64,000 nt of DNA from Rhodospirillales bacterium (GCA_030754885.1 JASLZL010000097.1:20097-84096), one strand, 5' to 3'. Positions 15,572 to 27,150 are shown, counted from the stretch's first letter. A program made the numbers and translations. The notes: generated by a model not told the origin, from the letters alone.

Positions 15572-18570
15572 GAGCCGAATTCCTTTTTCCGTGCCGCCGC
15601 CGGTTTGGCGATCATGGCCCTTAGATGGACGTGGGTCGTGGCGGCGATTAAGCGCATTTTCTCTTTCAGGGCCGCGAAGTCAACGGCGCCGCCCGCCTTG
15701 GCCAGATCGGCCTGGAGACCGCGGGGAACCTGATCTTCCCAATCCTTGCCGATTTGACCGGCGATGGCGAGGCGCAGCTTGCCCTGGATGGCCTGCCACA
15801 GGTCCAGGGCCTCGATCAGTTGGCCGGCCGTCGCGGTGTCCAGCAGGCCGGCGTCGCGGCATTGCTTTAGGGCTGAGCGCGTGTTGGTTGCCAAGATGGC
15901 GGGATGGTCGTGGCCGTGGCGTAGTTGCAGATACTGGGCGATGAACTCCACATCCACCAAACCGCCCCGCAGGTGTTTCACGTCCCAAACGATATCGGTT
16001 TGGTGCTCGCTGGCCATGCGCTCACGCATGTCGGCAACGGCAACCACCAGATCGTCGGGGTCCCGGTGCCGGGTCAGCACGCCGTGGATCAGATCTTCCA
16101 TATCGCGTCGTAGATTGCCGGAGCCGGCGACGACCCGGGCACGGGTGAGGGCCATGTGTTCCCACGTCCATGACGAACCATCGTGGTAGCGGACCCACGC
16201 CTCAAGGCTTGACGCGATCGGGCCCCCATGGCCCGAGGGCCTGAGGCGCATATCAACGTCGTAGAGGCTCCCTTCATTCGTCTGTGCCGTCACCGCGGCA
16301 ATCAGACGTTGCGAGAGGCGGGCGAAATAATGGCCTGGCGATAGGGGACGCGCTCCGTCCGAGGCCTCGGTGCCCTCGGGCACAGTGTAGACGAAGATGA
16401 GGTCAAGATCCGAAGCCTGAGTCATTTCGCGGCCGCCCAGCTTGCCCATGGCGATGATCACCAAGTCCGAACCCGCGATACGGCCGTGCTGATGGACGAA
16501 TTCTCCCTCGACGTGGTGCAGGAGATGATTCAGGGCCACCTCGGCGATGTTGCTAAGCGCGATGCCAGCTGCCCCAGGTTCGATGCTTTCGCGTAGGCTC
16601 TGTACACCGATCTGGAACCTGCGGTCGTGAGCCCAGCGCCGGCAAACGTCAAATACGCCCTCAATGCTCGCCGCCGGGACTAGGAGTCGTTCCAGTTCCT
16701 CGTCCAAGGCCTCTGGAGACGGCGGCGGTTCAAAAAAATCGGCGGTCAACACGCTGTCCAGGATGAACGGCCGTCGGCTCAGGTGTTCGGCCAAACGGGG
16801 CGCCCCACCGATGATCTCGGCGACCAGGTCGAGTAGGTGGGGATTGGAATGGAACATGGAGAATAGCTGCACCCCGGCGGGAAGCCGCGCCAGAAAGCCG
16901 TCGAAGCGCATAAAGGCGTCGTCGGGGTTAGACATGTGCGCCAATATCTCTAGGAGCACCGGCACCAGCTCGGTCAAAATTTCGCGCGCGCGGGTGCTGC
17001 GCATTGCCCGATAGCGCCCATGATGCCAGCCCCGAATGGCGCGGTCGATTCCTGGCGGATTTCCATACCCTAAGCGTCCAATGGTCCTCAGCGTTTCGGG
17101 GTCGGGCTCGCCACCCGTGAACACCAAATTTCCCGCCGCCGCACTGGGCGCACTGAGGGTTGGCGCGTCTTCGAACAAGTCCGCGTAGTGGCTCTCGACC
17201 GTGCGCAGGGTGGTCATCAGATTTTGGGTCATGGCATCGGCGTCGTCGTAGCCAAGGAACGTCGCAAAGCCGTCCAAGCCCTCGACGCTGTCGGGCATGC
17301 TGTGGGTTTGCTCATCGTCGATCATTTGCAAGCGATGTTCAATTCGGCGCAAGGCGCGGTAGGCGTCAATCAAGTCATCCGCCGTGCGTTGGTCGATCTG
17401 ACCGCATTCCGCGAGGGCTAGGAGGGAATCGACGGTGGCTGCACAACGTAGCCGAGTCTCGCGCCCGCCCCAAATCAACTGCTGGGTCTGAACGAAGAAT
17501 TCAATCTCGCGAATTCCGCCGCGTCCCAGCTTGATGTTATGACCAGCGATGGCGACGCGCCCACCACCGCGGTGAGCGTTGATCTGGCGTTTGATCGAAT
17601 GAATGTCCTGGATGGCGGCGAAGTCGAGGCTCTTGCGCCAGACAAAGGGGCCGAGCCACTTAAGGAAAGCCCGGCCCGCACTGCGATCACCGGCCACCGG
17701 TCGGGCCTTGATCATGGCGGCGCGTTCCCAGTTCTGACCCAGGCTTTCATAATAGGTTTCGGCGGCAACGACCGACAGTGCGATGGGGGTAGAACCGGGA
17801 TCCGGCCGCAATCTCAAATCGGTGCGAAATACATAACCATCCGTGGTCCGTTCCTCCATCAGCTTGATCAGGTTGCGGGTCAGGCGCACGACGTGGTTGT
17901 GCAGTGCCGAAGTGTCCTCCGTTTCGAACTTGTCGGGGTCGTATAGAACGATGAAGTCGATGTCGCTGGAATAGTTAAGCTCCCGCGAGCCCAACTTCCC
18001 CAAACCCAAAATGACGAGACCCGATTCCTTTTCCGGATCGTCGGCATGGGGCAACGAAAAGGCTTCCGCCCGGGCGCTTTGGCGCAAGAGATGGGCGGCA
18101 GCGACGCTCAGTGCGGCTTCGGCGAAATCGGACATGGCCCCGGTGACCTGTTCCAACGTCCAAGTCTCGGCGATGTCCGCCATCGCCACGGCCAGCGCCA
18201 AACGCCGTTTGGCGATGCGCAGAAGGCGACCGAGCGCCGCGTCGTCGTGTTCAGCGGCGCGAGCCACCTCTAGGCTCTCCATGATCGCATCAACAACAGC
18301 GTCAGGACCCAGAGTGACGATGTCGTGCAGCGCGGCGGGGTCGCTGGCTGCGCATTGAGCGAGAAACGGGCTGTTGCCAAATACCGCGTCGAGCAAGCGG
18401 CGTTCGGCCGGCTTGGCGGGAAATGCGGCGGCGAAGCGGGCCAAATCGGAATCGCCCACATTTCCGGCACTTTCGCGCCAACGTTCAATACCCGTTCGGG
18501 CGCTTTCGGCGCTGGCGGCGCCCGGCAAATTTTCCGGCTCGGAGACGAGGCCGAAATCGTGCATTTTCAA
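15568..18570 (-). CDS. glnE: Bifunctional glutamine synthetase adenylyltransferase/adenylyl-removing enzyme
   Basis: 1000 aa with two nucleotidyltransferase halves (GKLGSRELNYSSDIDFI and GKLGGREMTQASDLDLI). Confidence 0.95.
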   Translation of the reverse strand: MKMHDFGLVSEPENLPGAASAESARTGIERWRESAGNVGDSDLARFAAAFPAKPAERRLLDAVFGNSPFLAQCAASDPAALHDIVTLGPDAVVDAIMESLEVARAAEHDDAALGRLLRIAKRRLALAVAMADIAETWTLEQVTGAMSDFAEAALSVAAAHLLRQSARAEAFSLPHADDPEKESGLVILGLGKLGSRELNYSSDIDFIVLYDPDKFETEDTSALHNHVVRLTRNLIKLMEERTTDGYVFRTDLRLRPDPGSTPIALSVVAAETYYESLGQNWERAAMIKARPVAGDRSAGRAFLKWLGPFVWRKSLDFAAIQDIHSIKRQINAHRGGGRVAIAGHNIKLGRGGIREIEFFVQTQQLIWGGRETRLRCAATVDSLLALAECGQIDQRTADDLIDAYRALRRIEHRLQMIDDEQTHSMPDSVEGLDGFATFLGYDDADAMTQNLMTTLRTVESHYADLFEDAPTLSAPSAAAGNLVFTGGEPDPETLRTIGRLGYGNPPGIDRAIRGWHHGRYRAMRSTRAREILTELVPVLLEILAHMSNPDDAFMRFDGFLARLPAGVQLFSMFHSNPHLLDLVAEIIGGAPRLAEHLSRRPFILDSVLTADFFEPPPSPEALDEELERLLVPAASIEGVFDVCRRWAHDRRFQIGVQSLRESIEPGAAGIALSNIAEVALNHLLHHVEGEFVHQHGRIAGSDLVIIAMGKLGGREMTQASDLDLIFVYTVPEGTEASDGARPLSPGHYFARLSQRLIAAVTAQTNEGSLYDVDMRLRPSGHGGPIASSLEAWVRYHDGSSWTWEHMALTRARVVAGSGNLRRDMEDLIHGVLTRHRDPDDLVVAVADMRERMASEHQTDIVWDVKHLRGGLVDVEFIAQYLQLRHGHDHPAILATNTRSALKQCRDAGLLDTATAGQLIEALDLWQAIQGKLRLAIAGQIGKDWEDQVPRGLQADLAKAGGAVDFAALKEKMRLIAATTHVHLRAMIAKPAAARKKEFGS

Positions 18571-18628
18571 TTACTCCGATTTGCCGCAGACTGCGGGAAC
18601 GGTGGACCGCGGTCAAGCCATGGTCTAA

Positions 18629-21600
18629 GTGAGGATAAATCGCGTGGTGACAAGAACGTTTCGCACTCTGTTTCAGTTGATCGGCGGCCTGACGGCTGGC
18701 CTGGCGATCCTGATCATCTTGCTCGCCTGGCGGTTGAACGTGGGGCCCATTTCGCTTGCTTTCCTTTCGCCCTATATCGAGCGTGTTCTGACGACCGACC
18801 CAAAGTCATTCCGCGTCGGCCTCGACGACACCATTCTGACCTGGGCAGGTTGGGAACGCACCTTAGATATCCGCGTTCTTAACGTGCGCGCCGTCGATCC
18901 CGATGACAAGGTGATTGCCAGTGTGCCCGAACTTTCGCTTTCGTTGAGCGCCAGGGCAATGATGAGCGGTCTGGTGGCGCCCAAAAGTATCGATCTGTTC
19001 CGTCCCAGTCTTCTTCTCGTTCGCCACGCGGATGGTCGCTTCGAGGTCGGTTCCCGTCAGGGTGCGGTGGGGTCGGATCGGCTATTGTCGCTGGTGTTGG
19101 ACGCTTTGCAAAGCGGGCCCGATCCACGTAACGCCCTGAGCTATCTGACCCGGGTGGTCATCGTCGACGCCGACGTGACGTTCGAGGACCGGAGTCTGGG
19201 AACCACATGGCGGACCCCAGCGAATCAGATGAGCTTGGTCCGTACGCTCACCGGCATCAAGGGCGACATCTCCTTCGATCTGTCGGTCGAGGATCAGCAG
19301 ACCCATGTCAACATCGACGGCATCTATCAGGCCGCCGACCGGAATCTCAAATTCGGTATGGAATTCGGCGCCATAGATTTGTCTGTACTGTCCCACTTGT
19401 CCGCCCAACTTGCCCCCTTGGCCGCCCTTGACCTGCCGGTTCAGGGAACAATTACTGGCGCCATAGGCATCGACGGCACGGTGGACAAGATCGGTTTTGG
19501 CTTGAAAGGTGCCTCGGGGCGGTTGCGGTTGCCCACCCCGTTCGCACAAGTTTTGCCTATCGAGAGCTTGGCTGTGAGGGGCTCCTATACTGGATTGTCA
19601 GGGAGTCTCGTGTTCGATGACCTGCGGGCCGAGCTGGGTGAGCGGGGCCGGTTCGTACTGCCTGCTTCTGACGGGCATGCGATACCCTTGAAGTCGGTGC
19701 AGGCCCGAGGCCGCTATTTGGCCCGCGAGAAAAGTCTCAATGTGGGGGCGCTGGAGGCCGACCTGCAAGGCCCCACGGTCAGCCTCAGCGCCACCATCGA
19801 CAGTGACGGCGGAAGCCTCATGGGAAATGTGAAGGGATCGCTTGGAAACGTGCCCATTGATGAGGTGGGGCAATATTGGCCGAAAGCATGGGGAACTGAC
19901 GCGCACCAATGGATTACCGCCAATCTGTCCGATGGGGCGTTGCGCCGCGTCAATGCCGGACTTTCGTTCAAGACGACGGAGGACGGGTCCTTCGAATTGG
20001 TCGCCCTTGACGGAGATATGGATCTCCAAGGAGTTACGGTCGATTACCTGGCGCCCATGCCCAAGGTTAGAAATGTGGCGGGTGCGATAACGTTCGATCG
20101 CAAGCGGCTCAAGATCGATGTGAGCGGCGGACGAGGTGGCGGATTGAAGGTGCCCGAGGGCCACGTCATTTTCACGGGTCTGGACGCTTATGACCAGTAT
20201 GCGGACGTCGCTCTTACCATCGAAGGACCGGTGCGTAACGCCATCGAACTGATTAAGCACGAGCCCCTTGGTTTTGCCTCAACGATCGGACTTGTTCCCG
20301 ACAAGACCAGTGGCATAGCGAGTACCCAACTCAACCTGCAATTCATCGTCGAACATGCCCTTTCGGCGGATCGCATCAAGGTGTCCGCTTCCTCGCGGCT
20401 CAAGGAAGTGGCGATCGCCGACATCATTGGTGGGATGGACATCGTAAAGGGGGAACTGAACGTCAAAGTGGTCAATGAGGCGATGACGGTGAGCGGTGAC
20501 GCTGACTTGGGGGCCGTTCCGGTTTCGTTGACATGGCGGCGGAACTTTGGCGACACGCCGGATTTCCGCAGCCGATACCAAATTCAAGGCCGTGTCGAGC
20601 AAGAACAATGGGCTACGAGCTTGGGTTTCGACTTTGCCCCCTTCACCGGAGAGACCATCAGAGGGCCCAGCGAGGCCAAGGTGACTGTAACGGAGTTCGA
20701 CGACCGGCGCCGGGAGGTTCGGGCCAAGCTTGATCTGACAGAGACCCAGCTTCTGTTAGCCGACCTTAAGTGGATCAAGTCAAAAGGTGTTCCCGGCACC
20801 GCCCAGGTGGACCTGACGATGCGCGACGACCGGGTCCGTGCCATCGACCAGTTCACCGTCGAGGCCGGAAACTTGGAGGTGCGGGGTTCTGCTCAAATGG
20901 CGCCTGACGGCAAGAGCGTAACGCGTCTGGTGTTCGATCGCTTTGTTTACGACCGCAACGATCTGACCGGTGTATTGGTGCCGATGCCGAATGGTGGCTG
21001 GGACGCCAATTTTAAAGGCGCCAGCTTCGATCTATCCCCCACTCTCGACGATCTGCGTGTGGGCAACCTGGAAGGGGACTTTGCAGAGCGGCCCGACAAA
21101 GAACCCAATATCGTCGTCTCGATGAATATCGACCGGGTATGGCTGGGCGAGGAACGGCACTTGGAGCAGGTCGCGGGCATCGTCTCGCGTCGCGGTGGCA
21201 AATGGACCAACATCGATTTGCAGGGCCACTTGGAAGGAAACAAGGTATTCAAGTTGACGGTCAAGCCCGCGGACGGGCAAACGCGCGCCCTGACCATCAG
21301 CGCCGAAGACGCCGGGGCAGCCTTGCGTGGTTTTGATCTCTACGAAAGCATGGCGGGCGGTGCGCTAAAGCTCAACGGCACGTTCGACGACAGCAAGCCA
21401 AGCTCCCCCCTGACGGCGCGCCTGGTGATCGACGGGTATCGCGTGGTCGAAGCCCCGGCTCTGGCCCATTTGATCAGCATCATGGCGCTCACCGGTATAT
21501 TGGAGTCTCTACAAGGTGACGGGCTAAGTTTCACCACGCTGGATGCGCCGTTCGTCTTCGAGGGCGGCGTCCTCGAAGTATCCGAGGCCCGGGCTTCCGG

Positions 21601-21913
21601 ACCTTCTCTAGGCTTCACGGCGTCGGGCAGTATCTATACGGCGGCCGATTTCGTTAACCTACAAGGGACGGTGGTGCCTGCCTATGTCATCAACAGCTTG
21701 CTGGGATACATTCCCCTGCTCGGCGATCTGTTCACCGGCGGGGAAAAGGGCGGCGGAGTCTTTGCCGCAACCTACCGGATGCATGGCCCCACCGAGGAAC
21801 CGAAAGTAGAGGTCAATCCGCTATCGGCCCTGGCGCCCGGCTTCCTGCGCGAGCTGTTCGGATTGTTCGAAGGGATAGAGACGAAACCGGCCACCAGCAC
21901 CGATTCTCAGTAG
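18629..21913 (+). CDS. YhdP/AsmA-like large envelope protein (DUF3971-type)
   Basis: 1094 aa with an N-terminal TM anchor and a long beta-rich body. The conserved C-terminal segment (PLLGDLFTGGEKGGGVFAATYRMHGPTEEPKVEVNPLS) is typical of the AsmA-like C-terminus. Confidence 0.7.
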   Translation: MRINRVVTRTFRTLFQLIGGLTAGLAILIILLAWRLNVGPISLAFLSPYIERVLTTDPKSFRVGLDDTILTWAGWERTLDIRVLNVRAVDPDDKVIASVPELSLSLSARAMMSGLVAPKSIDLFRPSLLLVRHADGRFEVGSRQGAVGSDRLLSLVLDALQSGPDPRNALSYLTRVVIVDADVTFEDRSLGTTWRTPANQMSLVRTLTGIKGDISFDLSVEDQQTHVNIDGIYQAADRNLKFGMEFGAIDLSVLSHLSAQLAPLAALDLPVQGTITGAIGIDGTVDKIGFGLKGASGRLRLPTPFAQVLPIESLAVRGSYTGLSGSLVFDDLRAELGERGRFVLPASDGHAIPLKSVQARGRYLAREKSLNVGALEADLQGPTVSLSATIDSDGGSLMGNVKGSLGNVPIDEVGQYWPKAWGTDAHQWITANLSDGALRRVNAGLSFKTTEDGSFELVALDGDMDLQGVTVDYLAPMPKVRNVAGAITFDRKRLKIDVSGGRGGGLKVPEGHVIFTGLDAYDQYADVALTIEGPVRNAIELIKHEPLGFASTIGLVPDKTSGIASTQLNLQFIVEHALSADRIKVSASSRLKEVAIADIIGGMDIVKGELNVKVVNEAMTVSGDADLGAVPVSLTWRRNFGDTPDFRSRYQIQGRVEQEQWATSLGFDFAPFTGETIRGPSEAKVTVTEFDDRRREVRAKLDLTETQLLLADLKWIKSKGVPGTAQVDLTMRDDRVRAIDQFTVEAGNLEVRGSAQMAPDGKSVTRLVFDRFVYDRNDLTGVLVPMPNGGWDANFKGASFDLSPTLDDLRVGNLEGDFAERPDKEPNIVVSMNIDRVWLGEERHLEQVAGIVSRRGGKWTNIDLQGHLEGNKVFKLTVKPADGQTRALTISAEDAGAALRGFDLYESMAGGALKLNGTFDDSKPSSPLTARLVIDGYRVVEAPALAHLISIMALTGILESLQGDGLSFTTLDAPFVFEGGVLEVSEARASGPSLGFTASGSIYTAADFVNLQGTVVPAYVINSLLGYIPLLGDLFTGGEKGGGVFAATYRMHGPTEEPKVEVNPLSALAPGFLRELFGLFEGIETKPATSTDSQ

Positions 21914-21936
21914 AATTCTCGTTAAGACTTGGACAC

Positions 21937-23187
21937 TTAAACCGCTCGTACGAGGGCGTGGCGTTTCTTTCCGGCGGACAGTTTGATGACGCCGTCGGGA
22001 TCGAGATCGGCGGTGCCGACGGTCTGCGTTTCCGCGCCGATGACGGTGTCGTTGAGACGCGCGCCGCCGGCTTTGATGAGCCGCCTTGCCTCGCTCTTAG
22101 AGGCGGCAAGGCCGGCACGGTGCAGAATGTCGAAAGCGGCGAAGCCTGTGTCCAAATCGTGGCGGGAAAGTTCGATGGTGGGCAGTTGATCACCTCTGGC
22201 GCCGTCTTCGAATGTCCTTTGCGCCGTGGCCAGGGCGGCGGCGGCGGCATCGCCGTGGCACATTTTGGTTGCTTCGGTGGCGAGTATTTTCTTCGCTTCG
22301 TTGATCTCGGCCTCTTCGAGGGCCTCCAATCGGGCGATCTCGTCTGACGGCAATTCGGTGAAGAGGCGCAGGAATCGGCCAACATCGGCGTCTTCGGTAT
22401 TACGCCAGTACTGCCAATAATCATAGGCCGGAACCATATCTTCATTGAGCCACACCGCGCCCTTCGCGGTCTTACCCATCTTGGCGCCCGAGGCCGTGGT
22501 CAAGAGTGGTGTGGTTAGGCCAAAAAGGGCACAGCTGTCCACTCGGCGCCCTAACTCGACGCCGCTTACGATGTTGCCCCATTGATCCGATCCACCCATC
22601 TGCACAGTGCAGTCGTGGCGTCGGCACAGTTCCAGGAAGTCGTAAGCTTGTAGCACCATGTAGTTGAACTCAAGGAACGTAAGCGGTTGTTCCCGGTCGA
22701 GGCGCGCCTTTACGCTTTCCAGACCGAGCATGCGGTTGACCGAAAAATGGGCGCCGTATTGGCGCAGGAACGGGATATAGCGAAGATCGTCCAGCCACTC
22801 GGCGTTATCAACCATGATGGCGTCCGTGGGGCCATCACCGAAAGTCAGGAAAGCAGAGAAGACCCGTTTGATGGTGGCCATATTGGCGGTGATCTGGTCG
22901 TCACTCAGCATTTGACGAGACTCGTCCTTTCCCGAAGGGTCGCCAACTTTGGTCGTGCCGCCGCCCATTAGAACGATCGGCTTGTGGCCTGTCCGTTGCA
23001 GCCAGCGTAGAAGCATGATTGACACGAGGCTTCCGACGTGCAGGCTTGGTGCCGTGCAGTCAAAGCCGATGTAGGCGGTGATAACGCCTTCGGCGGCCCG
23101 AGAGTCGAGTTCGTCGAGGTCGGTGCACTGGTGCAGATAACCGCGTTCAACGACGGCGCGGATAAAGTCCGATCGGTGGGTGGTCAT
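21937..23187 (-). CDS. tyrS: Tyrosine--tRNA ligase
   Basis: The HIGH-type region (APSLHVGSL), KMGKT (KMSKS-type) motif and a C-terminal S4-like domain are present. I prefer the start at MTTHRSDF (ATG 23187), because the 57-codon track extension overlaps anmK. Confidence 0.95.
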   Translation of the reverse strand: MTTHRSDFIRAVVERGYLHQCTDLDELDSRAAEGVITAYIGFDCTAPSLHVGSLVSIMLLRWLQRTGHKPIVLMGGGTTKVGDPSGKDESRQMLSDDQITANMATIKRVFSAFLTFGDGPTDAIMVDNAEWLDDLRYIPFLRQYGAHFSVNRMLGLESVKARLDREQPLTFLEFNYMVLQAYDFLELCRRHDCTVQMGGSDQWGNIVSGVELGRRVDSCALFGLTTPLLTTASGAKMGKTAKGAVWLNEDMVPAYDYWQYWRNTEDADVGRFLRLFTELPSDEIARLEALEEAEINEAKKILATEATKMCHGDAAAAALATAQRTFEDGARGDQLPTIELSRHDLDTGFAAFDILHRAGLAASKSEARRLIKAGGARLNDTVIGAETQTVGTADLDPDGVIKLSAGKKRHALVRAV

Positions 23188-23330
23188 TGTCAGTTCGCCC
23201 CCGATCCCAAGGCTGGGATGAGCGCCCAATCTGGCCCGCCGCATGGGATTGATTCCCAATGCTTGCGTAACGGGCGGGTAATTATCACAATCCCCCATAA
23301 GGTACAATGTTGCGGGGGAAAGAGGAACGC

Positions 23331-24443
23331 ATGAACGAACGGACCCCACTGGTCGCAATTGGATTGATGAGCGGCACTTCGCTCGACGGGATAGATGCCG
23401 CCATCCTGCGTACGGACGGCGAGCGCATTTTCGATTTTGGCCCTAACACGACCGTACCCTATTACGCCGCTTTTCGGGCGCGGCTTCGCGGAATTCTGGG
23501 CGCCGCGGGTGATGATGGCGGACAACTGGAGTCCGTTGTTCGGGACCTGACCGTCAAACACGCCTCGACTGTACGCTTCTTGCTTGCCGAAAACGACATG
23601 ACAGCGTCTGATATCGATCTTATCGGCTTCCATGGCCACACAATCTGGCACAGTCCGGGTGAGGGAATTACCCGGCAGGTCGGCGACGGGGAGCACCTAT
23701 CCACTTTGACAAAAATATCTGTGATTGACGAATTTCGTAGCCAAGACGTCGCTGCCGGCGGCCAGGGCGCGCCCCTGGCGCCCTTGTTCCACGCGGTTAT
23801 GGCCCGTGACCTGGAGAAACCCCTGGCCATCGTGAACCTTGGCGGTGTCGCTAACATTACGTGGATCGGATCGGCATCTTCGGACGGCGGTGACGAAAGG
23901 ATCCTGGCCTTCGATACAGGCCCCGGCAATGCCCCTATCGACGACTGGATCTTCAGCCAGACGGGAAAAAGTTTTGACGAGGACGGCGCCCTGGCCAGCG
24001 CGGGAACAGCCGACGAGGCGATCATCGACGCCATACTCGATCATCCTTTCTACCGCCAGCTACCGCCAAAGTCTCTGGATCGCCACACTTTCGACTTAGC
24101 GGGTTTGGATTCGCTTTCGCCGGCTGACGGCGCCGCCACCCTGACCAAGTTGACGGCCGCCTCCGTGGCTAGGGCGCGGCAGTTCTTGCCCGAGGTGCCG
24201 CGGCGCTGGCTGGTGGCAGGTGGCGGGCGCCACAACGGATCGTTGATGGAAGCCCTGTCGACGGCTCTCGGTGCACCTGTTGAGACCGTCGAGTCCGTAG
24301 GCTGGAACGGCGATGTTTTGGAGGCTCAGGCTTTTGCGTACCTGGCTGTGCGGTCGCGTTACGGCCTGCCCCTGAGCCTGCCGGAAACCACCGGCGTGGC
24401 CAAGCCGACAACCGGCGGGACTTTCCACAAGGCACCGGATTGA
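23331..24443 (+). CDS. anmK: Anhydro-N-acetylmuramic acid kinase
   Basis: N-terminal [14 protein letters not shown] motif. The ATG at 23331 is preceded by AGAGGA. Transcribed divergently from tyrS. Confidence 0.9.
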   Translation: MNERTPLVAIGLMSGTSLDGIDAAILRTDGERIFDFGPNTTVPYYAAFRARLRGILGAAGDDGGQLESVVRDLTVKHASTVRFLLAENDMTASDIDLIGFHGHTIWHSPGEGITRQVGDGEHLSTLTKISVIDEFRSQDVAAGGQGAPLAPLFHAVMARDLEKPLAIVNLGGVANITWIGSASSDGGDERILAFDTGPGNAPIDDWIFSQTGKSFDEDGALASAGTADEAIIDAILDHPFYRQLPPKSLDRHTFDLAGLDSLSPADGAATLTKLTAASVARARQFLPEVPRRWLVAGGGRHNGSLMEALSTALGAPVETVESVGWNGDVLEAQAFAYLAVRSRYGLPLSLPETTGVAKPTTGGTFHKAPD

Positions 24444-24461
24444 GCGCTTCGACAGGGGGTG

Positions 24462-25109
24462 CTACGCCGCCTTGTCCAGGGCCTTGTCCAGGTAGTCGCT
24501 GACGAGAGTGCTGACAGTATCGATCTTGTCTTGGAAGAAGTGGTCGGCATCGGCAATCACTTGGTAGTCGATTTTTATGGTCTTTTGGCTGGATAGTTTT
24601 TGCGCCAGCTTGCCGACCGAAGAAACGGGAACGACTTCGTCCTTCTCGCCGTGGATGATGAGACCGGACGAAGGGCAGGGCGCTAAAAACGTGAAATCAT
24701 TGACGCTGGCCGGTGGCGCCAAGGATATGAAGCCGCTGATTTCGGGCCGACGCATCATTAATTGCATGCCGATCCAGGCGCCAAACGAAAACCCACCGAT
24801 CCAGCATCCCGACGCATTCGGGTTGTAGCTCTGCATCCAATCGAGTGCCGAAGCGGCGTCGCTCAACTCTCCCGGCCCATTGTCGAATTCACCCTGAGAG
24901 CGACCGACGCCACGAAAGTTGAAACGGAGCACCGAAAACCCACGATCCACGAACACCTGGTACAGGGTGTAAACAAGCTTGTTGTTCATGGTGCCGCCAT
25001 GCAGCGGATGGGGGTGCAACAGCAGCGCTATCGGCGCCGTGGCCCCTTTGCGGTGGTGATAACGGCCCTCAAGGCGGCCGTCCGGACCGTTGAAGATGAC
25101 TTCAGGCAT
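24462..25109 (-). CDS. Alpha/beta hydrolase
   Basis: 215 aa with the nucleophile elbow GFSFG and late Asp/His candidates (HGEKDEVV, DADHFF). Confidence 0.8.
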   Translation of the reverse strand: MPEVIFNGPDGRLEGRYHHRKGATAPIALLLHPHPLHGGTMNNKLVYTLYQVFVDRGFSVLRFNFRGVGRSQGEFDNGPGELSDAASALDWMQSYNPNASGCWIGGFSFGAWIGMQLMMRRPEISGFISLAPPASVNDFTFLAPCPSSGLIIHGEKDEVVPVSSVGKLAQKLSSQKTIKIDYQVIADADHFFQDKIDTVSTLVSDYLDKALDKAA

Positions 25110-25476
25110 GGCTCGTTGTCAAAATAGGAGGCTTCCTAAGGTTGCCAATGCTGATGGGATTACTCGGTATATTAATGAACAATGCTAAAACTTCTGGAAC
25201 CTAATCTTGATCGACGTGGTGGGGCATCTTATATCTCAGAATGAATTGGCTTAACGGAGTTCCATTTTGTTCCGGGGGGAACGGGACGCGCCTTTCCAAT
25301 CCACCTGGACCGTAAAATAGAGCAGAACGCATGTTTTTCAAGGGCCATCAATAGGATATCGACGACTGCCGGTAAGTAATCCGACTGTTTGCTCATTGAC
25401 CGATGTGGACAGGTCAGCGAGAAAAATACCGATCCCGGCGGCTTCGGCGAGAACGGCGTAAGGAAGGAGCGAGGAC

Positions 25477-25950
25477 GTGAAACTCAGCACAAAGGGGCGT
25501 TACGCGGTGATGGCCATGGCCGACCTAGCTAGCCACAGTTCCGGCAAGCCGATTTCCCTGGCCGGCATCGCCGAACGGCAGGGCATCTCCCTTTCTTATC
25601 TCGAACAATTGTTCGGCAAGTTGCGCAAGGGGGGGCTGGTAAAAAGCGTGCGCGGACCAGGAGGCGGGTACCTGTTATCCCATACCGCCGACGAGACGCG
25701 GGTATCCGACGTCATCTTGGCTGTCGACGAGCCTATCAAGGCGACTCGGTGCCAGCCGGGTTCCCCCTTCGGGTGCCGTTTCGACAAGGGCCGTTGTCTG
25801 ACCCATGACCTTTGGGAAGAGTTGGGAAACCAGATTTATCTGTTCCTCAGCTCGGTGACCCTGGCCGACGTCTGTCAACGCCGGGTGCTGGGAGCCAGCG
25901 GATTGTTCCATGGCGTCATGGAACGTCAACAGGTTGCTTCCGCCCCTTAA
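25477..25950 (+). CDS. iscR: Rrf2-family Fe-S regulator (IscR-like)
   Basis: MKLSTKGRYAVMAMADLA winged-helix N-terminus. A three-Cys cluster (CQPGSPFGCRFDKGRC) is available for Fe-S ligation. AGGAAGGAG Shine-Dalgarno upstream. Confidence 0.85.
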   Translation: MKLSTKGRYAVMAMADLASHSSGKPISLAGIAERQGISLSYLEQLFGKLRKGGLVKSVRGPGGGYLLSHTADETRVSDVILAVDEPIKATRCQPGSPFGCRFDKGRCLTHDLWEELGNQIYLFLSSVTLADVCQRRVLGASGLFHGVMERQQVASAP

Positions 25951-25968
25951 TTCGGGAATTATCGGGCC

Positions 25969-27108
25969 GTGAACGGCGCCGTCTATCTTGATCACAACGC
26001 GACCGCCCCGGTCAGGCCGGAGGCGCTTGAGGCTGTGGTGCGGACACTGTCGATGGTTGGAAACCCGTCGTCCGTGCACGGCTTCGGCCGTGCCGCCCAC
26101 CACTTGATGGACGACGCCCGCGAGCATGTTGCCGCCCTTGCCGGCGCACGTCCCGAAGACGTGGTGTTCACCGGCAGTGGCAGCGAGGCCAACAACCTGG
26201 CGCTCGGCGGTTGCGGCCGCCGACGGGTACTGGTGTCGGCAGTCGAACACGATTCCATTCTCAATGCCGATGCATCCCAAGAGATCGTACCCGTTGACGG
26301 CGACGGCGTCATCGACCTGGATGCCCTGGACTCGCAGCTCGCCCTAGAAGGGACCCCGGCATTAGTCTCGGTCATGCTGGCCAATAACGAAACCGGAACC
26401 ATCCAACCGGTGGCCGGTGTTGTCGAGGTTGCACGGCGCCATGACGCCTTGGTCCACTGCGACGCTGTGCAGGCGGTGGGCAAGTTGGCCACTTCGTTCT
26501 CCGACCTCGGCGTCGACATGATGACGCTTTCGGCTCACAAGATGGGCGGACCACAGGGCATAGGTGCGTTGATCGTCGGCGCGAATGTGACGCTAAGGGC
26601 GCTGACGCGCGGTGGCGGTCAGGAACGTGGGCGTCGCGCCGGAACCGAATCGGTGCCTCTGATTGCCGGCTTTGGGGCCGCCGCTCTCGCCATCGGTGGT
26701 GGTGAAGAGATCCAGCGGTTGGCTCGGCTGCGTGACAGCTTGGAGGAAAGGCTGGGCCGGTTGACGCCGGCGCCCGTGCTGGTGGGGCGAGGTGCGCCGC
26801 GCCTTCCCAACACGTCGTGTATTGCCATGCCGGGGGTGGCCAGCGAGACTCAGGTGATGGCCTTCGATCTCGCCGGTATCGCGGTCAGCGCCGGCTCGGC
26901 CTGCTCGTCGGGCAAGGTGCGACCCAGCCACGTGTTGAGCGCCATGGGATTAGGCGAAACCGTGGTGGGGAGCGTCATCCGGGTCAGCCTGGGATGGACC
27001 AGCACCGAGGTCGAAGTGGAGCGTTTCGTCACCGCCTGGACCGAGATCAACGAACGTTTGGGCGGCGGCGCGGAAGGTCGGGTTCTTGTCCCATCAGCCA
27101 AAGCGTGA
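25969..27108 (+). CDS. Cysteine desulfurase (class V aminotransferase, NifS-like)
   Basis: PLP-Lys context SAHKMGGPQG and active-site Cys loop SAGSACSSG. Confidence 0.9.
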   Translation: MNGAVYLDHNATAPVRPEALEAVVRTLSMVGNPSSVHGFGRAAHHLMDDAREHVAALAGARPEDVVFTGSGSEANNLALGGCGRRRVLVSAVEHDSILNADASQEIVPVDGDGVIDLDALDSQLALEGTPALVSVMLANNETGTIQPVAGVVEVARRHDALVHCDAVQAVGKLATSFSDLGVDMMTLSAHKMGGPQGIGALIVGANVTLRALTRGGGQERGRRAGTESVPLIAGFGAAALAIGGGEEIQRLARLRDSLEERLGRLTPAPVLVGRGAPRLPNTSCIAMPGVASETQVMAFDLAGIAVSAGSACSSGKVRPSHVLSAMGLGETVVGSVIRVSLGWTSTEVEVERFVTAWTEINERLGGGAEGRVLVPSAKA

Positions 27109-27150
27109 GACAACGAAACCGATCCTAGAGCACTAGACAAGGCGAGACAT

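Noticed and set aside
23188-23358. 57-codon N-terminal extension of tyrS in the ORF track. Similar extensions occur at dprA (44540-44728), mdh (56483-56545), ruvX, the S41 peptidase, the MFS transporter and the EamA transporter.
   Set aside because: The extensions overlap neighbouring genes or lack similarity to the family N-termini. Internal ATG starts reproduce canonical N-termini.
25397-25416. TGACC-N10-GGTCA inverted repeat and a nearby CCGACT half-site about 60 nt upstream of iscR, a possible IscR autoregulatory box.
   Set aside because: The arms are only 5 bp and match the known IscR type-1 consensus poorly. It cannot be supported without comparative footprinting.
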